From the human T2T-CHM13v2.0 reference genome, Homo sapiens, in assembly GCF_009914755.1 (NCBI RefSeq), contig NC_060926.1: a stretch of 64,000 nucleotides of DNA. One strand, given 5' to 3'. Below the pieces are notes generated by a model. It searched no databases. It saw only the letters and a list, made by a program, of their open reading frames with translations, and had not been told where the DNA came from. A program made the position numbers and the translations under genes. How positions within the stretch are numbered: the stretch's first letter is position 1; the number at the start of each line of letters is the position of its first letter. Shown here piece by piece: positions 43,557-57,969 of the stretch.

Positions 43557-43872
43557 ATGGAGATCTTTCTATGTTTCAGATACTTCCCAGCATGCTCCTA
43601 TAGATTAACTCACCTTCTTTCACTGAATGAAGACATTTGAACTGGAGAAGGTTAACCATGTGGATGGAGGTAGAGAGAACGCACTGAGTCTGAAGGAGAG
43701 CACAGAGAGAGGCTAGGTAGGCATCTATCTTAGCGGTCTAGGGAAGAGTTAAAAAGCATGGAGGTGATGCGTCATAGGAATAGAAAGATAAAGAAAGACA
43801 CTAACACTTAGATGAAAGCACTAGTACAGGCTGGTGAGTTACTGGTTTCAATGAACCAAGTAGTATCTAAAA

Positions 43873-44130
43873 CAGTGCTGTCCAATGAAAATATAGCACA
43901 AGCCACATGGGCAATTTAAAATTTTCTAATAGCCCCATGTTAAATATAAAAAGAATTAGGTGAAATTAATTTTAATAATATGTTATTTTTATGCCAAGAT
44001 ATCCAAAGCAATACCATTTTAACATGTAATTAGTAAAGAAAAACCCTAATACACTGTTTTACATTATTTTTTATACCAAATCTTCAAAATTGGGTGCGTT
44101 TTTTTGCATTTACAGCACATTTTAATTCAC
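43873..44130. mobile_element. MER33 (hAT-Charlie MITE), truncated
   Basis: cagtgctgtccaatgaaaatata..gccacat..aggtgaaattaattttaataatat matches the MER33 consensus start. Confidence 0.8.
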
Positions 44131-44193
44131 AGCCTGTTGCTGTACTGAATACTGTAGGCAACTATAATATAATGGTAAATATTTTTACATCTA

Positions 44194-44433
<240 letters not shown>

Positions 44434-45316
44434 TTACGCTGTGTAGGGCACTTACCATGAACAGAGCTTTCAGGACTAAAAGTTGAAAGTTGCTCTGGGT
44501 GAGGCAGAGAGGGAATGATGTGTGAATGTGAAGGTCTAGGAAATTACAAGGTGCCACTGTACACTTTATAAACACTGCACACTTAGGCTACACTACATTT
44601 AAAAAAATATTTTTTCTTCAATAACAAGTTAACATTAATTTACTGAAACTTTTTTACTCTATAAACATTTGCATTTTTAACATTTTTACTCTTTTATAAT
44701 AACACAACTGAAAACACACATTGCACATCTGTACAAAAATATTTTCTCTCTTCTACCTTCATTCTATAAGCTTTTTTCTATTTTTAATCTTTTAATCTTA
44801 TTTTTACTTTGAAACTTTTTTTGTTAAAAATAAAGACAAATACACATACTAAACTGGGCCCGCAAAGAATCAGGATTATCATCATCACTGTCTTCTATCT
44901 CCACATCTTGTCCCATTGGTAGGTTTTCAGAGGCAATAACATACATGAAGCTGTTGTCTCTTACTATAACAATGCCTTTTTCTGGAATTCCCCCGAAGAG
45001 CCTGCCTGAGGCTGTTTCACTTTTTTTTTAATAAGTAGAAATGGTACACTCTAAAATACTGATAAAAATAGTATAATAAATGCATAAACCAGGAACATAG
45101 TCATTTATTATTATTATAAAGTATTATGTACTGTACATAATTAAATGTGACATACTTTCATAAAACTGGCAACAAAGTAGATTTGTTTACACCAGTATGT
45201 ACACATTAGTAATTCATTGCACAATAACTTGAAAAGGACTACTACATCACTGGGCAATACAAATTTTTTAGCTCCATTATAATCTTTTATAAATTTTATA
45301 GCTCCATTATAATCTT

Positions 45317-45851
45317 TTTTTAATATATATATTATACTTTAAGTTCTAGGTTACATGTGCAGAACATGCAGGTATACATGTGCCATGGTGGTTTGCTGCA
45401 CCAGTCAGTCCATCATCTACATTAGGTATTTCTCCTAATGCTATCCCTCCCCTTGTCTCCCACCCCCCGATAGGCCTCGGTGTGTGATCTTCCCCTCCCT
45501 GTGTCCATGTGTTCTCATTGTTCAACTCCCACTTATGAGTGAGAACATGCAGTGTTTTGCTGAGAATGATGGTTTCCAGCTTCATCCATGTCCCTGCAAA
45601 GGACATGAACTCATCCTTTTTTATGGCTGCATAGAATTATATGGTATATATGTGCCACATTTTCTTTATCCAGTCTATTATTGATGGGCATGTGGGTTTG
45701 TTCCAAGTCTTTGCTATTGTGAACAGTGCTGTGATAAACATACGTGTGCATGTGTCTTTATAGTAGAATGATTTATAATCCTTTGGGTATATACCCAATA
45801 ATAGGGTTGTTGGGTCAAATGATATTTCTGGTTCTAGATCCTTGAGGAATC
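45317..45851 (-). mobile_element. 5'-truncated L1PA (L1PA7-like) 3' end with 17-bp TSD
   Basis: MSFAGTWMKLETIILSK plus 3'UTR. TSD agctccattataatctt at 45300-45316 and 45852-45868. Confidence 0.93.
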
Positions 45852-47628
45852 AGCTCCATTATAATCTTATGGGGCCACCCTTGTACATGAGATCTGTTGT
45901 TGACCCAAATGCCATTCTGCAGCACATGACTGTATCCATGTATTTATATAAATGTGTGTGTATTACAACAGCCGTTAAATATGATCTTGTTAGTCCAGTT
46001 ATATAAATGAGGAAATGGACACTTAGAGGTGAAGTAAATTGCCTGAAGTCTTACACAAAGGATGGGATTCTAGGCAGATCTAATTTCAAAGCCCATACAA
46101 AGTCACAGACACATGTCAAGAGAGAATGAAGGTAAAGCAGGATCAGGAGACCTTGAGTCCAAATACTTTTGCTCTATGTGATGGTTCTGCCAAATGAGGA
46201 GGGAGATGTTTGCCAACTAGAACATACTATACGTAGTTGATTACAAATGTCATATGTATCCACATGTCAAATAAACTCTTACCTATATATTATTGCATAT
46301 GATACAAATATATGTACATATATGCACTTTACATGTTTTTTCTGGTTCCTAAATAATCTTTATGGAGGAAACACTTAAAATATGGAAATAGAAAAAGGAA
46401 AGCTGTTAACATTAGCCCAGCTTTTGATTGTAACAGCTGAAATGGGCCAGGCTTTGTGGTAAGTATTTTCAGTTCCTAGTACACACAAATTACAAAACCA
46501 TCTGAGTTAATCCTTCGAATCCCGTGAGGTGTAGGTTATTACCAAGGAACAAACGCATGTTCAAAGAGGTTAAGTAAAGTAAGAACCATGTGACCCTATC
46601 TGTAACTGTAGGATTACACACGAATCTAGTAAAACCTGTTACGGTTAAATCCCGCTGCATGGAAAGACAAAAACAATCCTCGCTTAAATCAGCCATGTCG
46701 CCAGCTGCCCAGACGCCAGTTAGACATTCGCTTGAACTGTGCCAAACCTAGACTGGATTTTAGCTAGTAAACTAGTATTATATAGACATAATCTGAAGTC
46801 ACTCAAAAGCTATCTGAGTAATCATTCCATAAGTTGCCCCCCAAAAATAAAAAGCTAAATATTTCTGTGAATGCATCATTGACAAGGAAAAGGAATAAGA
46901 TAAGAAGAAAATCAGAAACAAAGTTGCCGACACTGTAAAAATTTATCTGTATATTCAGCACAATTTTTGCATTAGAATTTAGAAAGGATAAAACATTAGG
47001 ATATTGGAGTAGTTGCAGAATCCATTTTGGGAGTATGGAGGTTGGGGGCTAGGGAGAAAGAGAGAGAGGAAAGGAGGGAAAATCCTTTGGGGAATTGCCT
47101 CTGAGTTAGAAACCTGTACTCTGCTTCATTTTTTATCTTGAGTAAATGAAGAGAGATTCTCAACATGGAGACATGATCTTAGGTACATAACCCTTTGTGA
47201 TCTTCCCAAGGGCCATACATTATGATGCTGAAAAACAAGAGTCCATGATAATGACCCACAGCTATTTAAAATAGCAACATTCCACAATGAATTCCTCCCT
47301 TCTTAAAGGAAGACAGGGATATGGTGGCAATGGGAGCTCAGAGTTGGCAATTTCTTGGCAGCTAAGAAGCTCAACAGGGATGAATTCTTTGGTGGTAAAA
47401 TTGAAATACAAATTCCTTTTTCAAGTGGAACTTTTCTAACTCTCTGAGTTTTCAAAAACAGTAACTGGGTCATATTTATTTCTGAATACCTCTAGAGCCA
47501 TTTTAGTGACTGGCACAAAGTAGGTCTCCCTCCCAAATTTTCTTGGATATGAAAATCCTGTGAGAATATGATCCAAAAAAGTACTTTGAAGACAATAATT
47601 GGAATTCTCATATGAGACACAAAAAGGT

Positions 47629-47808
47629 GACGGGGCTTGGTGGCTCACACATTTAATCCCAGCACTTCGGGAGGCTGAGGTGGGATGACTGCTTGAGCCC
47701 AAGTGGTCAAGGCTCCAGTGAGCTATGATTGTGCCACTGCACTCCAGTCTGGGCGACAGAGTGAGACCCTGTCTCAAGAAAAAAAAAAAAAAAAAAAGGA
47801 AAGAAAAA
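47629..47808 (+). mobile_element. Alu monomer (FRAM/FAM or deleted AluJ)
   Basis: gtggctcacacatttaatcccagcactt..gcttgagccca..gagtgagaccctgtctc(A)n. Confidence 0.82.
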
Positions 47809-48139
47809 GCTTAAGTGTGGTGCAATAACAACAAGGTAAAAACAAACAAAACCCAGAAACAGAACATCTTAATGGCTTAAAACAGCATCCTTTCATTTCT
47901 CAAGTAGGCCAGATATGTTTCATGAATTGGCTTGGGGCTCTGTGTTAAGTTTTCTCCTCCCAGCACCCAGAGTGATAGAGTAGCACTTCTCTCAAGTGTT
48001 ACTGGTCACCTTGGCAGATGCAAAGAGGGCTCTGGAGTACGTCAAACCTGCTGCAGTCTGGGAATGACACATGTCACTTCTGCTTACAGCACATTGCCCT
48101 GAATGAAATACATGCAATCCGCAGGGGACAAAGAAGTTT

Positions 48140-48486
<347 letters not shown>

Positions 48487-49058
48487 TAATTGGTGCATAG
48501 CCTTAATGTCTATCAGCCAGTGAGAACACAATGAACAAACCAACAAACAAAAGGCAAAAACAGGAAAAAAAGAAAAAAAGAAAAATATCATACCCAATAG
48601 AAGAATTGAAATCAAAGGGTATATTTACAATATTGTCTTTCCATTTTTATCTTCTATCTACTATAAAGTGAATCGTTCCTTAATGCATGGCACACCAAAG
48701 AAAAATCCATCAGACCTCTGAAGTACTATGAACTATTTTTAAATTTGTAACTCTATTTATAGATCCTCATGTAATCATGAATATGAATATCCTGAATTTT
48801 AGTTTCAGCTAACATCAAATATTTGGTTAACGTCAAAATTAGCTTTACTATTTAGTTAATATTATAGTTTCAGTGTTAGTTCAAGCTAATGTCAACATCA
48901 ACTGACGAGCAAATATTTGGAAAGCATTATTTTATTCCCTTTTTTAGAAAAAGCAAAGCAAATTTTCAAAATTAACTTTGTGATTAGTCACAAAGCCCTC
49001 ACATACGTGTGGATAAAACTGTCTCCATATATATGTTGATGTGTAGCTAAAAAATATT

Positions 49059-49425
<367 letters not shown>

Positions 49426-49454
49426 TCATACATGTGTTTTTGTGTACATGTATT

Positions 49455-50119
49455 TTTAAAGGAAAAAACAAACTGTAAAATACTTTAAAGAGATTTATTC
49501 TGAGCTAATATGAGTGACCGTGACCTGGGTAAAATATAACCCAAAGAAGCCCTGAGTAAGTAGTCCTGAAGCGGTTGGGTTACAGTTTGGTTTTATACAT
49601 TTTAGGGAGACAGAAGTTACAGGCAAACACACATATCAATCCATGGAAAGTATACATTGATTTGGCCCAGAAAGTTGGGGCATCTTGAGTCAGGGGCTTA
49701 GAGGTTATAGGTGGATTAAAAGATTCTTTAATTTGCAATGGGTTAAAGGAGTAAAGCTTTGTCTAAAAATTTGGAGTCAGCAGAAAAAAATATTTAAGAT
49801 AAGGAGGTCTGTTAACCAATACACTGGGTGAGAGTGACTTGTAGAGGTGTGTGACTTAACCCTTGTCTGGCAGAGCCTTAGGTCTTATTTATTAGTATCT
49901 TATTGTCACAAAGAGTTTGTTTTGTTAGTCTTTGTAATATTAATGCTGGTCAGCTGTGCCTAAACTCCAACAGAGAGGTGTCATCACAAGGCATGTCTGA
50001 TCTCCCTTCCCATCATGACAGGGAATTCGCTTTTTCAGATTTCTCTAGAGTCCCCTTGGCCAAGGGGCGAGGGGTCTCTTCAGAGATGAGGGGATCTTAG
50101 GGTTTTATTTTTGTTTACA
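49455..50119 (-). mobile_element. MER4-group ERV1 solo LTR (MER4B/D/E-like)
   Basis: agagatttattctgagc.aatatgagtgacc, cagtttggttttatacattttagggagaca and terminal ttttatttttgtttaca. Confidence 0.85.
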
Positions 50120-53100
50120 GTATAAAATGGTACACCACTATGCACTGTTGACATATTTTTCCTCATCCCCTAAATACTGTCCTATTCTCTGGCAGCTGGC
50201 CAGTGAGGGCCATCACCTCACTCTGCAAGTGCCCATGGCTGCAAGTATTCTTTTGAGCCATCCTGCAGGGAGCGCATCCCAGCAGCTTGCGTTTCTTTCC
50301 CATACTGACCTCTTCTGCTGCTGCATATTTTGTGCTTGAAATTGCTGTTTGGATTCCTCAAGACTTTCAAAGATGTTCAGGATGGTGCATGAACTACAGC
50401 AAAGAACTAAAGGGAGACTATTACTCTGGACGTTAAATACACATTTTATGATAGCTTGATGTGCTTTAAGAAGAACGATGGGGAAACATTAGCAATGATT
50501 GGGCAGTTAGAGATGGGTAGAAGTCCATTGATATTATAAAGGACTTTAAACATCTTGGTAGCTGGGAAAGATTAACCAAGGAATGAGCTAGAAGAACAGA
50601 TTGCCCCAGGGCAGTTTATGACTGCATGCAATTTGAATGCACCTCAGTAGGGTGTGCTAAGACCATTATAGTCCTGATTGATTAGCACCAGAAAAGTATT
50701 TCTACTTCCTGCTAAATGGAGGATGGCTGCTCTGTGCAATCTCAGAGGATTGTTTAATGTACACGTGTGTACTCCAGGTGCCACAGAATTCTACAGCCTT
50801 GATTTGACAACTCAGGTCTGTGCTATCTTCCTGATATTACTCATTTCACAGTCTGAATATGAGAGTATCTTTGTCACTGAACAACAGTGTTCATGTATGT
50901 AAACCTGCTCATTGCACCTGCTCCTTGCCATTTTGGTCAAGGTAAGTATAATGCCTCTTGCAGTCATTCATCAGTACCGTTGGGTTTTGGTGGGTGTGTT
51001 CTTCCCTGCCTCAGGGCAATGCTAATTTCATTTCTCATCCTCCACCATGCCTGAATACACAGTTTACCTAAAGGTTAAGAATTGAGTCCAATTAAGAGGA
51101 TGGAGCAATTCCACTACATTAACATTAATAGTGCATGGAAAACACTCCCTATGGCTTCATTTTTTAAGCAGTAGCCATTTTCCTGTCTATTCTCTCTCTC
51201 TTATTTTTTCTTCCTGCACCACTTAATGAAAATCTAATGGTAGCAATGGCACCTTTGTTGATGAAAGAGAAAAAGTGATAATCGTTCCTGCTTGTCTCTT
51301 TCTCATTTCTCCCGTAAGGGAAGCTAAGGGTGGCATCCTTGAGACAGGTTTGCTTTACTGATCAAAGACAGTCCTTGGGAGAAACGACCCAGAGGATGAG
51401 GAATTGTCAAGAAAGCTTTGCCACAGACGAATATGATGGAACTAGTTCATCAAATGATAAAATGTGAACTTTCCTTTCATCCTGGAATGGAAAAGTCATT
51501 ACAGGAAAGAGTGAATGTTATAAAGGTTAAACGTGAGTGACTGATGATGATGTATCAGGGAATTCCCTGGCCCTGTAAGGCTGTCTGGTATCAGGCTCTC
51601 TTGGCCTGTTTCAATTTATACACAACCATGAGGGCCTTATATCCATCTGTTAAAGCATGCTGTAGTCATACATTTAGCTAGGAAAAACCTTTGGCATCCG
51701 GGGCTTCTGCTGGGAGCAGGCCAAGAGATTCCACTAGGTTATGGATCTCCTTCTCCCTGAGGGAGGCATAAGTGGCAGAGAAGCTGAGAGATCTTAAGCA
51801 GCTAACGGAAAGGTTTGGGACCAGCTGTTTAGCATGACAAGCATTCCAGAGGCATTGAGGGGCAAGGAGGAAATTGAGCATGTGTTGAATCATTACTGTA
51901 AAGAAATAAATTGCCCTGGAAACTGTGTATCAGGGAGAGGCCTTCATAATTACTTTATTTACCAAGCCTTGCCAAGCTCCATCCTATCTTCACACTTGTT
52001 TCCCTCCACAGGCCCTCCCTGCTACTCTGTGCTTGAGTGCAGGAATTCTCAAGGTATGAAACACAGGAAAGGTTTATGTGATGCATGGATGGAATTTTTG
52101 AAAACATCATTTTTTTCTATTTTAATGTGTTATAAAAAGGTATACCATTAGCACTTAAAATTTATAATTTCAAATCTCTTATTACTAAGAGAGTAGTGTA
52201 AGTTAAAAAGAAATTAGTAATTCACGTCAATTAACTTAAAGAGATTTGAAGTAAGTGGTCATTTGGGTAGAAATGGCAACAAACTGGAAGATGCTTCTGG
52301 AATGAGGGAAGGAATGAGGGAAGGTTAGGAAGTGCTAGGGCACTTTTCCTTCCTCAGACACATCCTTTAAGGATGTGGTGCTATACCTTTAAGCCTTACT
52401 CACTCACTCCTCTTCCCACTTCCAGAGGTGCCTTCTTCCTGCAGTCCTATTGGTAACATTACATTTTGCTTTACCAGCTCTGCCTCCTCTGTGAAGCCCA
52501 CCCTGATTTATTCAGAATAATTCAGCATGTGTTCTTTCTGCTCCCTTTTTATGTGGTTCATATTTTAATTGCATTATTCACTCACTTTCATTTCAGTCAG
52601 TTGCACACCTAAAGATGTTATGCAAATGGTATTCATTTTTATATCCTCAGGGACAGGACCTGCATTTGGGAGATATTAAATGATTAGTTTTGAGCAAACA
52701 AGTTATTCATATCCTTTCTTATCAAAGTTTCATCAAGCTCTACAGCCGCCAAATCCCATGGCAATACTAGGAGATCATTTCTTGATTAGTGGCATTTGAC
52801 ACAGTTGACCATGTCCTATTTTGAAATACTTGCTTTACTTAACTTCTAGAATGTGATACCCTCCAGTGTGGTCTTGCCTCTGACTGTACTTCTGCTACCT
52901 TGTTTGTTGGCTCCTTCCACGTTAAACAAGAAGAAGGTCTTAGGGCTCAGCCCAGGGCTCTCTTCATCATCTATGCATTCTTCTTGGATTGCCATTCAGT
53001 CACATGCTGGAGAATCTCAAATTTAGATCTCCAGCCAAGATTCCTTTTCTGAATACAAGATGCATATATCCACCTGCCTACTGGTCTTATGATGTCCCAA

Positions 53101-53554
53101 AATAATTTCCTGATCTTCTTCCTCCAAATATGCTCTTCCAGCATTCTTTCCCAAACTTTGTAAATAGCAAGTCATTCTTCCGGACACTCAGACCAAAAAA
53201 CCTATGAGTTATCCTTGGTTCCTCTCTTTTTCCCATACTTTCTCATAAAAACGTTCCTAATCCAACTGGCTATCATTGAAACAGATGCAAAATTTAAGCA
53301 CTGTGTTCGCTACCTTGGCCATTCCCAGGCTCAAGATGCATCACCTGTCTTTTTGATTACTACGATTGCTTCTTCTCAAACACCTCTCAGTTATAGAGGG
53401 ACAAACTGCTCACAATATCTGTGTGTTTCCTCCTGACTTCAGTGATCCAGTGTCCATCCCCATCCCCATTTCACTACTCACAGCGAGACCAGGGGCCCTC
53501 TTAGACCTTCCATGTTCTGGAGGCACTGGATCTCTCTATATTGTGCTGACACTT

Positions 53555-53720
53555 GCCTGCCTGCCTTCCTTTCCTTTTCCTTCCTTCTTTCCTTCCTTCC
53601 TTCCTTCCTTCCTTCCTTCCTTCCTTCCTTCCTTCCTTCCTTCCTTCCTCTCTTTCTCTTTCTCTCTCTTTCCTTCTTTCCCTCTTTCTTTCTTTCTTTC
53701 TTTTCTTTCTTTCTTTCTTA
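53555..53720. repeat. (TTCC)n/(TTTC)n pyrimidine microsatellite
   Basis: Direct reading of the sequence. Confidence 0.95.
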
Positions 53721-53724
53721 AGAG

Positions 53725-54085
53725 TTATGTTGGTGAATATGAAGCATATGTCATTGTGGTTTTGATTTTCATTCTCTAATAATTAATGATGTCAGGTATC
53801 TTTTCATGTACTTGCTGGCCATCTGTGTGTCTTCTGTGGAAAAATGTCTACTCAGCTCCTTTGACCTTGTATAATTGAGTTGTTTGTCTTTTTGTTGTTG
53901 CACTGTAAAAGTTCTTTATCTCAGATACTAGACTGTTATCAAACATATGACTGCAAATATTTTTCCCATTCTATCTTTTCACTTTATTGACATTGTCCTT
54001 TGATGTAAAGTTTCTAATTTTGATGAAGCCCAATTGAACTATTTTCTTGTTGTTGTTGTTTGTACTTTTGATGTCAAAGCTAAAA
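53725..54085 (-). mobile_element. Old L1M ORF2 fragment within an L2-rich segment
   Basis: tcattgtggttttgattttcattctctaataattaatgatg..tggaaaaatgtcta..ttttaattttgatgaag. Confidence 0.75.
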
Positions 54086-55032
54086 TCCACCTTAGAGGTG
54101 TTGCACTTGTTGTTCCCCTGATTGCAAATCTCTTTTCCAATTTACCACTTGCCTTGCTCGTTCACCTCTTTCAAAATTCCGTATAAATAGAACCTTCTTA
54201 GCAAGCTTTATTTCTGTTCACTCTATTTAAAATTGCAATCTTTTCTGGACACAGCAAACCTGGGCCCCTTTTTTCCACTTTATTTTTCCTCAGTATTTAT
54301 TTTCATATGATATAATTTACTAACTTATGTAAGCATGTTTTTAGACTTAAGCTTCCTAAGTCAGAGGTTAGTGTCTGTTCATGTGTGATTGTATTTTCCA
54401 TGCCCAGAGCACAGCTTGCTACAGAGGAGGTGCCCAATATACCCAACTGGCAGGGGAGTTCAGCCTGTCGCCACGGGCCTCATTCTTCCTGTGTAAAAGC
54501 AGTTTTATCTGCCTTTCCTCACCCATCCTTGACCTCAACTGTTACTTTATCATTGGTATAATTATTAGCATAATCATCACTACCAAGAAATGTTTAGAAA
54601 GTTTCCACCTCTTCATGGTGTTAAGCTAAGCATAGGCATAGAAGCACGTATCTGGGATTTCCCAAGACAATCCTGATTTAAAAATAAGTTTATTAGAGAA
54701 TGTAATCTAATTTTTGTTTTCAAAAAACAAAGGCATAAGAAACAGCAATTCTACATTTTTGCTCCTGAGCTGAGTGACATTATAGCAATGGCATGGTCTT
54801 TCTGAACCACAGTTTTCTCACCTGTAAAATGAGGTTGTTGTGAGGATTAAAGAAAATTATTTTTTTAAAGACAAAGGAGGAAAAAATGTAATAATGTAAT
54901 ACTCATGGCCCTATAATTTAATTTAAGTGATCTTTCAAGACTTTACAAAAAGCAGAATTTTCTGAATTCTTTGCTTATCTCTTTTGTTTCAGGAATGTGC
55001 TATGAATGCTAACTTTAATCTTAGAGACTCTT

Positions 55033-55352
<320 letters not shown>

Positions 55353-55399
55353 TAAAGAAAGCCCAAAGGCCACCACTTTAGATATACCCAGTGAGACTT

Positions 55400-55782
55400 G
55401 TGTTCATGTGTTAACGATGCCATCACAGGGTTCCACAAACTGGTAGCTTACACAAGAGAAATTTGTTTTACCTCCTCACATTTCTGAAGGCTGGAAACCA
55501 AGACCAAGGTGTGAGCAGGATTGGTTTATTCCAAGACCTCTCTTTTTGGCTTGGAGGTGGCCACCCTCTTCTGGTGTCTTCACATGACCTACCCTCTGTG
55601 TGTGTCACTGTCCTAATCTTACAAGGACACCAGCCATATTAAATAAGGGCCCACCCATTTGCCCTCATTTTACTTTAATTATGTCTTTGAAGGCTCTTTC
55701 TCCAAAGACAGTTGCATTCTGAGGCATTGGGTATTAGAAATTCAATATATGAATTTAGGAAGACACAGGTTAGCTCATAACA
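55400..55782 (-). mobile_element. MLT1A/A0-like MaLR solo LTR
   Basis: ggctggaaaccaagaccaaggtg, cttacaaggacaccagccatatt, cattctgagg and terminal agctcataaca. Confidence 0.82.
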
Positions 55783-57249
55783 GTGAAAAAATATGCAGGA
55801 GGAAATTTTTGTAAAATTTTTTACTTTATTAATGCACTGAAAAGAAAGAAATACTGAAAGTCAAAAAAAGTGTAGGAGAATCTAAATCCATCATTGAGGT
55901 TGGCTTCTACCTTGACAGCATGTGCCTAATACAGGTGATCTTGACCTTTGGTCCTCAAGGCCTTTAGGGCCCCAAAAGAAGAGGACATTTCTTAGGGCAC
56001 AGCTAAGGCAAGGAGTTTAATGAGAGATGTTAACTTCTCATACTTTATAAAACTGAAATTTAAAGGAGAAACTTGAAATCAATTCCCAAGGGAACACACG
56101 GAAAATTTCCTGTACCAATCAGGATGGAATAAAAATCTCTCCTATAAATATGTTCAATAAGTTGGTGTACATGTTAAAAAGACTAAAATATGAGTAGGAA
56201 ACTATTTCAAGTGACCAAGAAGATTTAAAGAAATATAAATAATTTCTCAAAATTAAAAATGTAATAATTAAAACTAAAAGCACAAGGGATAAACTTAAGA
56301 GATAATTAGAAGTGACTAAAAAGAGAATTACAGAACTAGAAAATATTTCTGAAAAAAATTACCCAGAATGCATCACAGAGCAAAGAAATAGAAAACAGAA
56401 AAAATATTTAAGTGATGGAGAATAAAATTGTAATTGCTAACATATATCAAATTGGCATTTTGGTAAGAAAATCATTCCTGAGATGCTGTGCAAAATGTAA
56501 ATTGTGTGCTTAATTTTATTTGCTAGTAAACCTGGCAAATAATACTTTAAATGGTACCTATTATTAGCAGTATTGAGCTTACTACTAACAATAACAGTTC
56601 TGTCTTAAGAGTCGAGTACACAATCTTAAAACACTACATTCTCTTAAAAAAACACATTTAAAAGCACTAACATGTTCTCAGAATGTGCTTTCCTAATGAA
56701 TTTAATCTGGTGATTGCAGTTGCAGTGATGGCACTGATGACGATGACTAAAATGAGCAATAATGAATGAGGAATTTGCAATTTTTGATAGGGCGGTAGTA
56801 ACACCATGTCATAAAAAATGTTAAGGTACTTGAGAGTTACAGTTTCTTTTTTTTTTTCCCTAGCTCTCATCTTGATTTCCTAGGTATTTTAGATAACTTA
56901 CGTTTCTTGAAGGCCTCACACATGAGGGTATATGTTAATATTTCCAACAGGCTTTGTTTTTGGGACTCACTTTTGTACATAATAAATTATCTACCAGGAC
57001 AATAAAAGTGGCATCCTTTTATTAAATAACTACTCTGTGTCAGAAAGCCAGGCCTCTAACTATGGGCATTATGTAATTTAATAATCACGTATTATTTTTC
57101 TGATTTTATAGAGAAGCATCTAAGGCATAGAGAGAATAAGTAATTTCTGCAGAGTCCTACAGCATTAAAAAAAAAAAAAGAGATCCTCTAGACAATTTTT
57201 CTGACTCCAATGCCCTCAAATATTTTCACGATGATAAGGTACTCATTTT

Positions 57250-57911
57250 TAAGTTTTATTAAGATATATTTAATAAGACATTAAATGTACTCACAAAAAT
57301 GTATAATTTACTGTTTTTAGTATATTCAGAGTTGCAAATATCACCACAATTTAATTTTAGAATACTTTAACACTCCCAAATAATATCTTCTACATATTTT
57401 CAGTCATTCCCCATTCCTGCTCCCACCTTGCCGCATTCACCACAATGTCCCAAACCCAGCAGTGATATATCCTCTTTCATCCCTGTTTTAGTGATTTTAG
57501 TCTTCTCTCTTTTTTCTTGCTCAATCAAGCTAAAGGTTTATCAAATGTTTTGATCTTCTCAAATAATCTACTTTTAGTCTTATTGATTTTTCTCTATAGT
57601 TTTACTATTATCTGTTTCATTTATTTGTGTGTAATCTTTAATATTCCTTCTCCTTGATTTTGGCTTAGTTTGCGCTTCTTACTCTGAGTTTTTAAGGCTA
57701 AAGGTAAGGTTGTTGATTTGAGAACCATCCTTCCCTCCTTCCCTCCCTCCCTCCCTTCTTCCCTCCCTCCCTCCTTCCCTCCCTCCTTTGTTCTTTCTTT
57801 CCTTCCTTCCTTCCCTCCCTCCCTCCTCCTCTCCTCTCCTTCCTTTCCTTTCCCTTCCTTCCTTTCCCTCCCTCCCTCCCTCTCTCCCTCTCTACTTCCT
57901 TTCTTTCTTTT

Positions 57912-57969
<58 letters not shown>

